Origin: Chlamydiia bacterium
GTDB lineage: Bacteria > Chlamydiota > Chlamydiia > Chlamydiales > JBMOFD01
Length of the DNA stretch: 15,024 nucleotides
Direction: 5' to 3'
Assembly: GCA_049314435.1 (NCBI GenBank)
Contig: JBMOFD010000047.1
Location: forward strand, 1 to 15,024
The notes beneath the pieces were generated by a model. That model searched no databases. It was not told where the DNA came from and saw only the letters and a program-made list of their open reading frames with translations. This document shows, one piece after another, positions 14,829-15,024 of this stretch (its first letter is position 1; the number at the start of each line of letters is the position of its first letter). Both the position numbers and the translations under genes were made by a program.

Positions 14829-14857
14829 ACGATAGGACCGAGGTCGCTTGAGTACAA
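14829..14857 (-). promoter_or_regulatory. Putative sigma66/sigma70 promoter of the DUF167 gene
   Basis: Minus strand reads TTGTAC-N17-TATCGT-N7-ATG(14821). Confidence 0.5.
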
Positions 14858-14898
14858 GAGCCGTGAGGTCGAACGGCGGAACTGGCTGCAGCTCGCAC

Positions 14899-14928
14899 TT
14901 GGCAAAATAGGCCGCGGGTGGATAGAAT
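14899..14928 (+). promoter_or_regulatory. Putative promoter of tRNA-Asn
   Basis: TTGGCA-N18-TAGAAT ending 11 nt before the mature tRNA 5' end. Confidence 0.55.
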
Positions 14929-14939
14929 GTCGGCCGTAT

Positions 14940-15011
14940 TCCGGATTAGCTCAGCGGTAGAGCAGCGGACTGTTAATCCGTTGGTCGCTTGTTCGAATCA
15001 AGCATCCGGAG
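14940..15011 (+). tRNA. tRNA-Asn (GTT), CCA not encoded
   Basis: Acceptor TCCGGAT/ATCCGGA, D arm GCTC-AGCGGTA-GAGC, anticodon arm GCGGA-CTGTTAA-TCCGT (GTT at 14972-14974), T arm GCTTG-TTCGAAT-CAAGC, discriminator G. Confidence 0.98.
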
Positions 15012-15024
15012 TCTTCTTTAAAGA

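Noticed and set aside
14940..15024. tRNA-Asn as an integration site; T-A pair instead of G-C next to the T-loop closing pair
   Set aside because: No integrase or duplicated tRNA 3' end in the window, and only 13 nt are visible downstream. The T stem is fully paired, so this is a benign variant.
1..15024. CRISPR array, IS/transposase, prophage or defence genes
   Set aside because: No regularly spaced direct repeats, terminal inverted repeats with target duplications, or matching protein motifs were seen.

Overview
The window looks like chromosomal DNA from a Chlamydiota member: it has a clear Slc1/CT043 type III secretion (T3S) chaperone next to glgX, a CT253-like lipoprotein and a PP2C-nifS pair. 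By eye it is unusually GC-rich for the phylum. Gene order: menD(-), secreted hypothetical(+), nifS/iscS(-), PP2C phosphatase(-), secreted serpin(-), CT253-like lipoprotein(-), two tandem Inc-like membrane proteins(+), alpha/beta hydrolase(-), glgX(-), slc1(-), a ~530 bp structured intergenic region, DUF167/YggU(-), tRNA-Asn(GTT)(+). The most notable signals are: (1) the two Inc-like proteins are divergent paralogs sharing an unrecognised helical domain, apparently present twice in the longer one; (2) a tightly coupled lipoprotein-serpin-phosphatase operon whose serpin has a Leu-Ser bait and an atypical hinge; (3) three genes with a -10 hexamer exactly 7 nt upstream of the ATG, suggesting leaderless transcripts; (4) a candidate structured RNA upstream of slc1. 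All calls come from reading motifs by eye; no searches or folding programs were run.
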